Assembly (NCBI GenBank): GCA_001244265.2
Contig: CDLV01000008.1
Span: forward strand, 620,001 to 684,000
DNA length: 64,000 nucleotides
From: Microbotryum violaceum
Lineage: Eukaryota
Direction: 5' to 3'
The notes under the pieces are model-generated. The model was not told where the DNA came from. It saw only the letters and a program-made list of their open reading frames with translations, and ran no database searches. The position numbers were made by a program, and so were the translations under genes. Positions 11,857-24,802 of the stretch are shown here, in pieces; the stretch's first letter is position 1, and each line of letters begins with the position of its first letter.

Positions 11857-14800
11857 TCAATAAGAAAGAAAAAAGAAACGCATCCCGCGAACCCACATGA
11901 AGGGATAAGGTGGCCAGATCGATGGATCGGTCTCGATAACCGCATCCTCGCCGTCGTACTCGGCTTGTTCGAGCTCCTCGGCCTCACGTTGCTCGATCCC
12001 GGCCAAAGCGCGGCCCAAGGATCCTCGCCGAACAGCGACGGCCTCAATTTTGCGGGCACACGCCTCGCACATGGCCGTGGTAGTGGTGCAGGCGCCGCCA
12101 CACGTCGCCTTGAACGAGGCCGAGAGATCGCTCAGCTGAGCCGACGGGTGGCCAAGCCCACCACGAGCGGTCGGAAACGGCGAGGCATACTCGGACGGGG
12201 TCGAGGCCGTGACAGACGTGCCCGTAGCAATTGACGAGACGGAGGCGGGGAAGAGAGGCGAGAGCGGCGACAGGTTTGTCGACGACGACGACTCGGATGA
12301 AAACTGGCGGTTGTGTCGAACAATGTGGTCAGGACGAATAGGAGATGGACGGCCTTGAACGGGGATAGGCCGTACAGGGACAGGAGGGACACTGTCATCG
12401 GGGTGTCCTCGTGAGCTCGGAAGGGAAGGAGGCGTTTTGCCCGGTTGTGGAGTGGCGGCCGATGGCGGGAGCGGGGATGAGGGTCGAGGCGCCCCAGAGT
12501 GCGAGTCGATTCGAGGAGTTGCTGGCGATTCATCTTCGACACCGCCTTCGGCAGGGGCTCCCGACAAGTTTCTCGAGGGCGCTCTGGGTACAGGAGCAGG
12601 CGAAAGCTCGAATTCCTTGACGAGTGGTGCCTGTCGAAACGCTTCGTCACCCTGGAGGGAGATGGCCTCCCAAGCGATTCGGCCGTCGCGCAGTTTTTCC
12701 GCAAAGTCGGCAAATTCTGCCGTCAAAGACCAAGAGAGGGTCAGCACTTGCAGTGCGGATGATATTCATCCCACCAAAGAAACTCACCATCGACGACTTT
12801 AGCCATGGCATCAAACAGCGGCTTGGCGAAAAAGTCGATGAAGCCGACCTGGCTCTTGGCCTGCGCCTTGGTGTCGACGTGATCAATCGTCATCACCGAA
12901 ATGGGGAGACCATATTGTCGCTCGATCGCGGCTTGGACGCTCCATTCCTCGAGCAGAGCCGTTGACCATGCCCTCGATATTCGGTGCGGACGCGTCGGGT
13001 TCGAAATGTCGGCGCACTTCATGAGGCCCGAGCACAGCAGCAGTCGATCGGATTCGAGGCTGCCGAGGTCCGACTCTCGGCGCTCACCGAAGCGTCGGCC
13101 TAGGTCGGTGATTTCGTTGACGAAGCTGAAATGGCGCGACATGTCCGTCGCCAGGATCGAGGCCTCGAGCACCTTGCGGAACTCGGTCGCGTTCTCGCCC
13201 AGGCACCCGAATCCACCCCCGAGGAGGTGGCCAAAACCCGATCGCCGCAGCATATGGATCAGCGTCACGGTGTGAAAATTCTCCAACACGGAACTGTCGT
13301 AGATCTGCGCGACGGGCGTACGAGCGTTGATCTATCGTGCGGGTGCGGGAAGAACGGGTCAGTGATTTATTGAAGGGTGCGAACTTGCAACAGACAACAT
13401 AACATACCATGTAGGCATTGCTGAGGCCCGGATGGCCAACGTCGTGGCCGATCGCGGCGACCATGAGAGCAAACACGTCCATAGGGCGCAAAAGCTCCCC
13501 CATGCCGCTCTCTTCGACGGCACGGTTGCGTCGCCACTTTCGTCTCCCCTCGCCAAGGTTCGCATCATAGTCGTCCTCGCAGAGCAGATACAGGGGTGGA
13601 GCTAACCCCATCCGCACGAGGAAGGAGTAGCACGCTTGCGTGACATCGGTGGCATGTGAAAAGTTGTGGTAGCCGTTGCGAGCGTGGTAGGCAGAGCGTA
13701 GAAGCAGCAAGAGCAACCTGAATTGCGTGAGGTCAAAGTCGACATCCTCCATGTTGCGCACGCCCTCGAAGATGATGCCGACGCAGCTCAACAGGTCGTC
13801 AGATGAGTGGCCCATCGCGTTGAACGACCACGACTGCAGACTCGCAATCAGCTTGCAGCGCTTCGCTTCCGAGATGACGGGGAAAGAGGTGGCTTTGGGG
13901 GCGCTGGGGGCGCTGGCGTGCAGCGAGGGGACGGCGCCCGCAGGCTCGTCGATGCGCTCGAACAGCGAGGAGCCGGCCGCGCTGAATGATAACGAACCCA
14001 TCGATACGGACGTGTTGCGCGAAGCACTTGGCGAGGAATCAACCGATCCTGGAATCGGGGGCAAAACTTTGGTTGGGATCCTCCCTTCGTCGGACGCGAG
14101 CGGGTCGGTGTCGAAATGTACCTTGTCGGTCGGGGGAGGTTGCGGCTCGGAGCACAGGGAGAGCGAATGTGCGAGTAGCGATGCCAGATGTCGTCCAAGT
14201 CTGAAAACACACGCCAAAGTAGAATGCCCACAGTTCTCAATGCGTCAGTACCATATCGTCTCGAGCGAGCGGTCAAACCCTTTGCGCGCCAACGGCCTCA
14301 GATACCTGCCACTTACAATCGATCTTTACCTCCTTTGGCGCCCGCACCTACGAGACCGAACTCTTTATCTCCTGCATCCGGCCCCACCGCTTCCCGCACT
14401 CTTCGACTCGGTGCGCCATTGCCCTGACGATGCATCCCCACACCAAGGACGCCGACGTCGACCGACCGCCGCCGCATGAAGTCGAATTGCTGCCGCGTGA
14501 CAAAAGTTGACGACGGTGCGCCAGTTGCGCCCGATGTGGTCGAGGGAGGATTGGTGTAGTTGGTGAAGAAGGGTTGCGCTTGCGCCGAAGGCGCCGCCGG
14601 CGATCGCAGAGGTGAGGGCGTACCCCCGAGGGACGCTCGCCTCGACCCTGGGGAACTGTGGGCCATGAGCGCCGAGAAGTCGGCCGAGCCCGCACGGGAG
14701 GCTGATCTCGTGCGAGTCGAGGACGAAGTACTGATGATGCTCGCTTTCCTCGGTGAGATACTGATTGACAACCTCTCTCTGCCCGTCGACGCAGGCGAGG

Positions 14801-15284
14801 ACGGGTCCCCTGCAGGAGGACCGTCCGGGTACGCCGACGCCGACGCCGACGCCGACGAGCCGGAGGAGCCAGCCACCGCAGACCCGGCGCCGCGGTCAGC
14901 CATCAAGCCACCCGAGCGCCGGGCCGACTCCCGCGGCATCGAGGTGGTGATAGGGGGTGAAGGTGACGATGACTTGCTCGTGGACGCAAAGGGTGAGACA
15001 AAGGTGATGTCACTCGATGCAGAGTACGTCGTCGGGCTCGGCGAGGAGTCAGAACCGCTCGAAGAGGACAAGTTCAAGGTCGACGCCGGGCAGTTGAGCG
15101 CATGCAGTCCGTCTGCGGTCGTGATGGAGCCGAGCTTGTTGGCAGAGGATCGACTTCGAACGTTGGGTGGTAGCAATGGATAGCTCGCACGGGTCACCAG
15201 AGGGTGCAGAACGGTGGTAGCACCGGATCCGAGGCTTGGCGCTGCTTTGGAGCTGGCCCCCTGGGCGAAGGGGTTTGTAAACAT
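11857..15284 (-). CDS. PDE2: Class I (high-affinity) cyclic nucleotide phosphodiesterase
   Basis: Catalytic motifs YHNFSHATDV, AAIGHDVGHPGLSN, LENFH, LATDMSRH, MKCADISNP and QVGFIDF across exons, with long Ser-rich N- and C-terminal regions. Both ends approximate. Confidence 0.9.
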
Positions 15285-17116
15285 TGCTGGTGCCCTCGCC
15301 GGAAAGCCCGTCACCGACGATGCAGGAAAAGGTGGCCGCTGATGTACACGAGAACCTGCAAGTAGTGACACGTCGAGATAGCGGTGGTGTTGCAAAACGA
15401 GGCTCCAAGTCCGGCTGGATCGGTACGATCGGAGGCGCGCGGCGAGGCGAGACGGGGCGAGGCGAGCAGCTGATAAGAGCCGACGACTGTCGAGAGCGCC
15501 TGACGAGAGTTATTATATACTGGCCGACGAGATAGACGAACCGAGACAAGACGAGAGGTTGTGCGAGGTCGAAAGGCGTTCAAGCTGAGTACAAACAGGG
15601 GAGGGGGTCCTGCAGCAGCTGGCACTCGCAGGCCAGGCTGTCAGAGTGGTGGGTGGGCGCAGGTAAGGCGTCCAGCGTTGGAGTGAGCGTTGGAGCGAAC
15701 GGAGGTGGCTGAGACAAGGGGGCTGGGGGGTGTCGAGCACGGCGCGCTGCGTTCTGGGCGACCGGTGTCGACCGGCGTGGTGAGGCGTGACTAGAACGAA
15801 ACGAGCAGGCGGGCGGTGTGCAAACGGAGCGATCACCGTTACCGACTCACCGCGCGCTCCGAACAATTGGCAAGATGGACATTTGCTCCGATTGCTCAAG
15901 GGACCACGGGTGAGTGCCTCACTTACTTCCGCAGGTGTCTTGTTTTACTTGGCGCAGTTAGTGAACCCGTTTCTTTTCTTTTTTCCTCTCTTCTGTCACT
16001 TTTTAGTCAGGTCAAGTTCGGTCCCGGTCACAGTAAAAAGATGAACTTCGCCATGCTCGGCAGACTTGTCGCGGCGCCGTCGATCGAACACGGCGGGGCA
16101 GGGGGCAGGCTGTCTGCAGATCTCTGATCATGCCCTCGGCGCTCAACCATCGTACAGGCCTCTGCCTCTGCACAGACTTTCGTTATTGATGGCTCGAAAA
16201 CATGGTTTCCAAGAGGAGCACTGTTCTGTAAGCTTTCCGAGACGTACGTCTCATCGAGGTAGACCTTTTTTCATGACGGCTGCATCTGGCTCGCCACGGG
16301 TAGGTCGGATCATTAAAGTTTGTTCGCTTGTGGCCAGTGCGGGCCTGCGAGGGCAGCAGCAATTTGCCGCTTCGGGAACTTCATTTTAAGCAAGGGTGAT
16401 CACTACGTGCGAACAGTGTAAACGCGTTTAAATTAAAGAAGACACGCCCCTAGGGTGCTGGATTCGCCCCAATCCTGGGTTTGGAGGACTCTTCGATCTT
16501 GGCTCCATAAGGCACATTGCGCCGGCGGCCTCGACTCGATCGATCGCAGGCAGGCAGCAGAATGACCCCTATCCCAACGGGGCGGAAATCTGTGGCGCAG
16601 TTCGCTGAAAGCATGCGCTTGTGCTCTACTCCGGACTACTCAAAGGTCCTGTCGGTGATAGTCCATCCCCCATACACCTCATGTCCTTCAAATTGTGAAG
16701 GGACGTGCCGCGGGGACGATCAGACCTGCAAGCTATACCGCCATTCGTAGGCAGATTGTGAATCCTGTCCGGCCCCTCTCTGAGCATCGCCCGGCTGGCT
16801 CGGGGTGACAGACGACAGATGCCTGGGAGGCTCTGGGCTGCTCTGGGAAGCCTTGGGAGGCTCGGCACGGAGGCTTCTGACGAAGGCGAGCGCGCTGGCT
16901 CAGACTGTCGGCCTCACCCCACTCACCGCGCTTGTCGTCGCCGTCGTCAGCTGCCATACTCCGCGTACAGCACGCACGAAGCTCTCTAAGACTCATCCAC
17001 CGGTTGAACGCATAGGACGACCTGCACTCGAAACTGGAAGCGCCTCTGGGTGCCACATCAGCGTCGTAGTGCAACGGAGCGGAGCTTGAAGGTCATCTCG
17101 GTCGGCGCGAGTTGCC

Positions 17117-20100
17117 ATGTTCGAACAGGATGTTGCAGGCGAGTATCCTCCCAGAGCTCGTGCCTCGACCACGGACCTGAGTCCATATCGCAATACTTAC
17201 CCAAAGTGTCCTCTTTCCACTCTTCAGGGCTGATCAAGGCGCTGCGAGCCAACAAGAACGACGAGCAGAGCGTGATTCAACGTGCGCTCGACGAGACTCG
17301 CAAGGAGATCAAGTCGAGCGATGTCGAGGTCAAGGCCGCAGCCGTGCTGAAGCTCGTCTACGTCAGTATCAAGACGTGCAGCCGGTCTTGTCCGCTGTGA
17401 TTACCGGTACTGATCCTGTCGTGGCCACGTCGCGCAGCTCGAGATGCTGGGCCACTCCATCTCGTTCGCCGCGTTCGCCATCGTTGAGTGCATGACTTCG
17501 ACAAAATACCACATCAAGTCAATCGGCTACTTGGCTGCCTCGCAGTGCTTTGACCGCGAAACAGAAGTCGCCGTGCTCGTCGTCAATCTCGTCAAGAAGG
17601 TGAGTCCAGTCCGACCGCTTATGGCTCGCACACTGTCCCACTCCAAATGATGATGACACACGCTAAGCCCAGAGCGGCCCTGACCGGGCAGGATTTGCTG
17701 CAACCGCCTACACCCTTGTTCTCGACCTCGCCTTCGTCGATTACGGTCGCGCACCTTTCGTCCACCTTGTCCGCCGTCTCGCTCCTGCTCACCCCGTCGC
17801 TCGCGCGAGATCTCGCTCCCGAGCTCTTGTCGCTCCTCACGCACTCGCGACCCATCGTGCGCAAGCAGACCGTACTTGTCCTGTTCAGGATCAATCGTAC
17901 CTGGCCAGGCGTGAAAGAGGTCGCTTCGGGTCGCGAGGAGCATGGCGAGGATCCCTGGATTGAGAGGTTGCGAGAACGACTCAGCGACGAGGATGTGGGG
18001 GTCGTGTCGGCGACCGTGAATCTGATTTGTGAGCTGGCGAGGAAAGACCCGAGAAAGTATCTGCCGCTCGCTCCAGAGCTTTTCGAGCTCTTGACGGATT
18101 CGACGAACAACTGGATGTTGATCAAGATCATCAAATTGGTGCGTCCGCGAGGCCTTGGATGCGTCGCTAGGCAGCTGGCGGCTGATCTCCCGCACCGGTC
18201 GTGCTTTTTGCAGTTCGCCGTCTTGACACCCGAGGAGCCTCGTCTGGTCAAAAAGTTGGTCCCGCCATTGACCGAACTGATAGAGACGACTCCGGCAATG
18301 TCTCTACTGTTCGAGTGCATTCAGACCTCGATCGTCGGAGGTATGCTCAACGGTCGCGAGGGAGAGGCATTGGCTACCACCTGCGTCGAAAAGTTGAAGA
18401 GCTTCTTGGAAGACGTTGATCAGAACTGTGAGCTTAGCATTTGTGCGCTCGGCCGGAGCTGTCCTCGCCGGAGACGCTGACGTCGAGCTCGCGGTTCTCG
18501 ACAGTGCGCTACATCGCTCTCGTCGCGCTCGTAAAAATTCTGCCGACGCACCCGCACCTCGTTGCGACGCATCACGACACGATTCTCTCTTGCGTCGACG
18601 ACCCCGACATGTCAATCAGGATGCGGGCGCTCGATCTTGTCGAGGGGATGGTGAGACCCCCCTTTCAGCCAGGTCGCTGGGTTTTTCGGAAACCTGGTCT
18701 GGAACTGACATCTTGTGACAATCTTCGTTGCTGTCCACCCAGGTGGATCGTAGGACGCTTCAGTCGATCGTCCAGCGTCTCATGACGCACCTACGTCCCC
18801 CGTCTTCGTCCTCGCAGACCTCGGCCGCGGACGCTCTACTCCGAGCTCAATCAGGCGGCGCCAGCCTCGATGGCGCGACACCAGCCGCGACGGCCCTCAT
18901 CCTCTCGCCCGCCTACCGCTCTTCGCTGATCTCCCTCATCCTCAGGATGTGCGCAAATCAGACCTACGGCAACATCATCAATTTTTCCTGGTACATCGAC
19001 ACGCTGATAGAGCTTACGTACATATCTTTGACCATCATCGACGAGTCTTCTACCGTTTCCACGACTGCTGGATCTGCCCTGGGGATCCCTCTCGGACTGC
19101 AAATCAGGGACTCACTCATCGACTTGACCGCGAGGGCAAAAGCCATCAGACCTTATGCTGTCAAGAAGATGGCGCAGCTGATTGGCGATGACGTCTTGTT
19201 GGAATGTGGAAACGAGAACGGCGTAGGAGAAGTGTTGGGTGCAGCGGCGTGGATCTGCGGAGAATACTGTCGGCAAGTTCTTCCTCCCCCCGCATTCAAT
19301 GACAAATGAGTTGCTCGTGCTTTCTGATACTGACGCATCTCATTCCTGCTATTGTGCACAGCGAACTCGATGATCCGAGACCCGTCATTGCCTCGCTGTT
19401 TGGCTCGTCGACAACATCCTCGATGCCGCCTCGCATCATCGCTCTCTATTTTCACAACGGCGTCAAAATCTTCGCTCACTACCTCCACTCTCTCGTGTCT
19501 TCCTGGAACGAATCGGACGCGGCGACGCTCGAACAGATCCGGGCACTTTCAACCGCACTCGAGGAGCAAATGCGCACGTTCGCCGGCCACGAGGAAATGG
19601 AGCTGCAGGAACAAGCGGCGTCGCTGGGGCAGACCCTATCTTGGGTCCGCGCCGGTCTTGACCACCGGGTTCCCGTCTCAAACCAAGTCGGTGGATTCGG
19701 GAGTTCCTCTCTGGATCCTTACGACCCCATCACCGACGACGCCGTCGGTGCGGGGCCACTTGCCAAACCCGAGCCTGCATCATTGCGGTGGTTAGAACCG
19801 CTTTTTTTTGCGCACGAGTTGAACCCGGTCAACCCAAAAGCTCAGGGTATGGTTGCCGTTCCCGAAGGTCTTGATCTGGGGAAGAGAATTGTGATGAGGG
19901 ATTCAAGTGTCTGGGGCATCCGTGACGAAGAGGCCAGCGGCCAGGTGGACGCCTTCGGTCGAAGGTTGCAAGGTTCAGGCAGCGACGAAGCCTTGGAGAA
20001 AAGCAAGCTCAAAAACAAAAAACCACGGAGTAAAGGTTCCAAGGAGGGCAAGACGCGTCGGAGGAAGGCATCGCGAGCAGTCGAAGAAATTGACGATCCG

Positions 20101-20675
20101 GAAGAGATGGCGCGGGTGAGCTTTCCTACTCACTTCTTCGTCGCAAAGCGCATCCTTCGTGTAGGGAGCTGAATCATTTCATCAAACAACTCGTTTGGAC
20201 ACAGCTACGACGTGAACGATTGGAACGGCAACGCGATGATCCGTACTACGTAGGCTCGACACCAGCGGGAGACACAGGGGACTCGGATGACGTCGATGCC
20301 ATACCTATCGTCCGCCTCGACTTAGGCACGCTCACGTCCCAGCCCCGGATTGCACCCCCGCCAAGGGAGCCGACCCCACCCCCCGTCCACATCGATGTCG
20401 ACGGGGAAATGCCGGCCATCGTACCGGCGCGTTTTCAAACACCGTCCTTGGGGAAGGCTCCCGGAAAGACGGACGAAGAGCCTTCGACAGCGGCGGAGGC
20501 GCCACCGCCAGAACCTCAGGAGGCCGAGGAAGCGCAAGCGAGTGCGGTGGTGACCAAAGTCGTGAAGAAAAAAAAGACGACTCCTAATAGCTCCTTGTTG
20601 ATTGGGGTGGCCACCGAGAAGAAGAAAAAGAAGAAGGTGAAGAAGGACGCCTTGACGTCACCGGCCGAACCGTAG
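17117..20675 (+). CDS. APL5: AP-3 adaptor complex subunit delta
   Basis: Spliced start MFEQDVA|GLIKALRANK, then KSIGYLAASQCF, TNNWMLIKIIKL, EPRLVKKL, TPAMSLLFECI, DDPDMSIRMRALDL, AAWICGEY, ELNPVNPKAQGMVAVPEGLDL and ERQRDDPYY, with a Lys-rich C-terminus. Confidence 0.93.
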
Positions 20676-22132
20676 TCAGTAGTCCTGTCACTGCGTTGTC
20701 GTGCAGTAGATCGGTCCAATCGAGTCGGGCCAGAGAACATGAGGTGGCTGGCAGCACGTGTGTACTTATGTACTCCAAGATCAAGATCTGCGAGGCCGAT
20801 CTCCGAGCTCGCAGGTACTTCAGTTACTGCGTAGGCAGGTTGCGTCAGATCGGCGTTTGAAAGCTCTCGTTCCAGTGCGCTAGCGCCATCGAAGGCCTCC
20901 TCGGCGGCGTGACGATCCGAGTCCGTGCCCTGGAAGCTAGGGCAGTCAGCTCCTGTCGATCTACATGTGGTACGATCCACTGACACGTCGTGGTAGCCCT
21001 GGGATAGGTACTTTCCGAGATAGCTACCTAGATAGGTGCCTAGAGTGCCTTGAGTGTTTCGTCATTCCACCCTACCGCCCAGCCTTTCAGTTGGTTTTCG
21101 GTTTCCGCAAGCAACATCGATCCGACGCCTCGGCTGGACCTTCAGCGGCATAGTTCTCGTCTAGGAGTAACACTGTGAAGAACCTCTAGGGATATTCTGA
21201 ACTTGCTTCTTTGGCATCAAGAAAGACGCCCCGGTGCGGCTCGAAGGAACAGACAGCAAGGTTGGCCTTACAGCCATAGGTCACGTGATCATCTACTCAG
21301 GCTCTACAGCTACCGCACGGACACTGGGGCACGGCTAGCTCCAGGGGGCAGGTTTGAGCTTGCCAGGGAAGATGGACTACAGTACCCCACACCATGGCAT
21401 GGCGTTCCAAGAACTGAGGACGAAGCGGATGGTTAGGCCCACGTCGCCTTCCGAAACCGGAGAGCGCGCCGAGGAGCTCGAGCCGACGAATTGCGCGCGC
21501 AAGGCCTACAGCGCCCAATTTCGTGCTTCGACCGGCTCCGGAAACTGGAAGGAGGTTCCACCAATGTCATCCCGGCCAACTCCAGCGCCGAGGAGCATGA
21601 CGTTGCTGGCCCATGGATCGCGCTGGAGTACTTTGGGGCCGACAATTCAAACTCAGGGACAAAGATCGTAGGAAGCTCTAGCCTCGCCCGGAGGGTAGGG
21701 TTTCTGGCATCATGAGTTATGTGCCTCGTCAACGATGTCTTCATCAAGCTAAAAAATCGGCCGCGCCGACCGCGAACGCGCCAGCTTGCAGCCAAATTTC
21801 TGACTACAGCATTGTCGCGCACTCTCCCTTCTTCCACAACCTCAAGTGAGGATACATAAAGACCATCTTCTGCTCTCGCCCCCACCGGCGTGTTAAACAC
21901 GACCTTACATCGCCCCTGTTTGCGACATTAAACGAGCCCGATAACGCTGCAACTTCTGACCCCACCAGGCCCGAGCGTCTCAACATCTCGGCCTGAAGAT
22001 CAGATCGATCAGAGCCCGATCGCCATCGGACCGACGTAGAGTCTATACAGCACTCGCCAGGACACTCGACGTCCTTTGTCCCTCTTTTTATTTATTACTT
22101 CTGGCCTTTCGAAGAATTATTCATGACTCACC

Positions 22133-24436
22133 ATGCGTTGGTCACTGCATACCCTGCCGTTCGTCTTGAGCCTGCTCTTTTCGGCTCAACTGATCGAGGC
22201 GCGCCGCAGCCTCCACGCCAGCCACGGCGCGAGCATCGAACGGAGGTCGCTAAGCCCGTCGCGCCGGCGCATCGCCCGCTACAGAAGCGAGGGCTACTCT
22301 GCGGTCTTTTGGGATTGTTCTGCGACTACTCCTCGGATTCCATGAACTGCGGGAAGACAGGCAAAGTATGCCCCAGCATGGGGTGGAGGAACGGCAACGG
22401 GGAGCCGGTCTGCCTGAACAACCTTTGCGGAACAAATTGCAACAGTGGTTACGCCTTCTCTTGACCTCTGATGACCTGCATCTCTACAAAAAATGATACC
22501 AACAACTGGTGAGTTTCACCCTTAACTCTGCATCCCAGTCTTGAGGCGGAGCGGCAGCTGGGAAGATATGAGGAGGCATGATAGGACGGAACGGCTAGGA
22601 GGCGGACGCTGATCAGAGGCCACCTATTCGCCGCTTGCCCCGTCTTCTAGTGGAGCCATCGGCACGGTCTGTAGCTCGTCCAACGCGTCAAGAAACGCGA
22701 CCGCTCTGGTATGCGTGGACAGTATATGCAAAGCTACGGCTTGCTCCCCAAAGTTCCACGTCGAAGATGGGGTATGCGTCAAGAATATCAACACGACTTC
22801 GGACATGAACAATTGGCAAGTGATCCGCCCATTGCAGAGTCCCAAGATCTCGAGGTCGAACGCTGATACAAGGTGTACAATGTTACAGTGGTGGGATTGG
22901 AAAAGTTTGCTCTACGTCATACACCAACGTAAGTCTATCAGAAAAGCGCCACTCTGGCGTTTCCACCGCATCGAACCAGCTGCGCTAAACCAGCGCATCG
23001 TGTCGTGTCACAGGGCGTGGGTGGAGTTTGCTCGAACAGCGTGTGCCAGCCAAAATCTTGCAACACGGGTTTCGCCTTCAACTACGCGACCTCGAAATGC
23101 ATCAATATCAGGACGGACAACAGCAACTGGTGAGTCCGTGCTCCGAGTTTGGCCGGGTCTGGTCCCCGGTTTATTCTGCTCTAATACGGGCTGGTTATGG
23201 CACACTAGTGGTGCTGTGGACAAAGTGTGCAGCTTCCCTTACGGCCGCGGTAGCTGCATAGCCGGGACCTGTTTGCTCTCCTCGTGCAACACCAACTACT
23301 ATAACATTAAGGGGATCTGCACCTACATCGATGTAAGTCAACCGGGCCGACCTGCTTACAGCGGTGTCGTCGGTGCTCCGCTGACCCCTGTGCTCCTCTC
23401 TTGCCTCTGCGCTACCACAGTTGACTAGCAATTCTAACAACTGCGGTGCCGTCGGAAACAAATGCTCGTTCTCGAACGGTCTCGGCAAGTGTATCACCTC
23501 GGACTGCACCTACAGCTCTTGCTCGAACGGGTTCGCCTCGATCAACAACACCTGCGTCGCCGTCGACTACCAGACCGATATGAACAACTGCGGGAGCTCG
23601 GGAAACACGTGCCAGTCCACCTACTTGAACGGAGGAGCTGGTTTGTGTGTCCAGGGGAAATGCTTCTCCGTCTGTATCATCGGCTACACCTGGGACGCGA
23701 CGCACAGCATCTGCCGACTGACGTCGAGCGACGTGTACAACTGCGGAGCGATTGGCAACATCTGCAGCCCGCTCGGATCCTTGTCCTCAATCTGCTCCAA
23801 CTCACAGTGCTATGCTTCGGCATGCCTTCCGGCTTCGAACTCATCGCCGGCGTGTGTTACAAGATCGACGCAACCTCCAACGTCAACAATTGCGGCGCGG
23901 TCGGCGCGGTATGCCGCTTCTACCCAGTCGGCGCCAGCGGCGTGTGCACCAACTCCAAGTGCGTCATCACCACATGTCCCGCCAAGTACTCACTGTCGAC
24001 CTCGGGCGTTTGCGTCGCTGCTGCCGTCTCGCAGCGTCCGCGCGTAGCCAAGCGCAAAGTCGTCAAGCGGACGCCGTGCCCTAAGGGCGAGACCCCCTGT
24101 CCTATCAAGGCCTCGGCGTCGTTCGAGCTCGCAGTCACGCAACATTTCACCGTACCGCACGATGAGTACGCGGGGATATTTACCGGGTTGGGGGGCTACG
24201 AATGCCTCGATACGCGCGAATCGCTCGAGTCATGCGGCGGTTGCTCGAGCACGGGCGAGGGGCAGGACTGCACTGCGATCAAGGGCGCGCTTGGGGTCGG
24301 ATGCGACAACGGATCGTGCGTCGTCTTTTCGTGCAAGGAAGGGTGGAAGCCCAACGCGCGCGGGACCAAGTGCATCTGGGCGAACAACAACGCCCAACCA
24401 AACGCTACAAGAAACGCCGCTGCGGCCGTCAGGTAG
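22133..24436 (+). pseudogene. Secreted Cys-rich repeat protein with PriA/CPL1-like C-terminal domain, disrupted as assembled
   Basis: Signal-peptide-like MRWSLHTLPFVLSLLFSAQLIEA; 8 repeats of [DN]xxNCG..G..C; C-terminal [10 protein letters not shown]...[16 protein letters not shown]...GQDCTAIKG...[17 protein letters not shown]. Frameshift near 22240-22280, in-frame TGA at 22462-22464, frameshift near 23826. Confidence 0.8.
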
Positions 24437-24802
24437 CGCGAAGCCGCTGCGGCGCACCCTCATCACCACATCCGTGCGCTGCACCAACACTCGCACTCGC
24501 ACGCATCGAGTCTATGAAATCATATACACCGATCATACCCTCCTTCTTGTATATTTGCCCAACCCTTGTAGCCTTTTCCCTGCTCGTCGTTCTTAGCAGT
24601 GCCCATACTTTCGTGATAGATTGATTTGATACCCCTCAACCCTTCGTTGCCTTTGCTCTGTCCACGAAGCTCTTTTCCAGTGGTCAATATAACGATATCC
24701 CCGCATCTGATTCGAGCCATCAAGGCCTGATATATCATTCTATTCTAAAACGACATGATTGATCCCCTGATTTCACACTTCGCGCCAAGATGGTGAATAT
24801 AC

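Noticed and set aside
17193..17201. ATACTTACC resembling the 5' end of U1 snRNA
   Set aside because: It coincides with the likely branch point of APL5 intron 1, and no U1 stem-loops follow.
20700..22100. Short ORFs between APL5 and the secreted gene
   Set aside because: Stop-interrupted with no recognisable domain or terminal repeats, so left unannotated.
22462..22464. In-frame TGA as selenocysteine, readthrough or an A-to-I edited codon
   Set aside because: The position is not a repeat Cys, and two frameshifts accompany it. Decay or assembly error is the simpler explanation.
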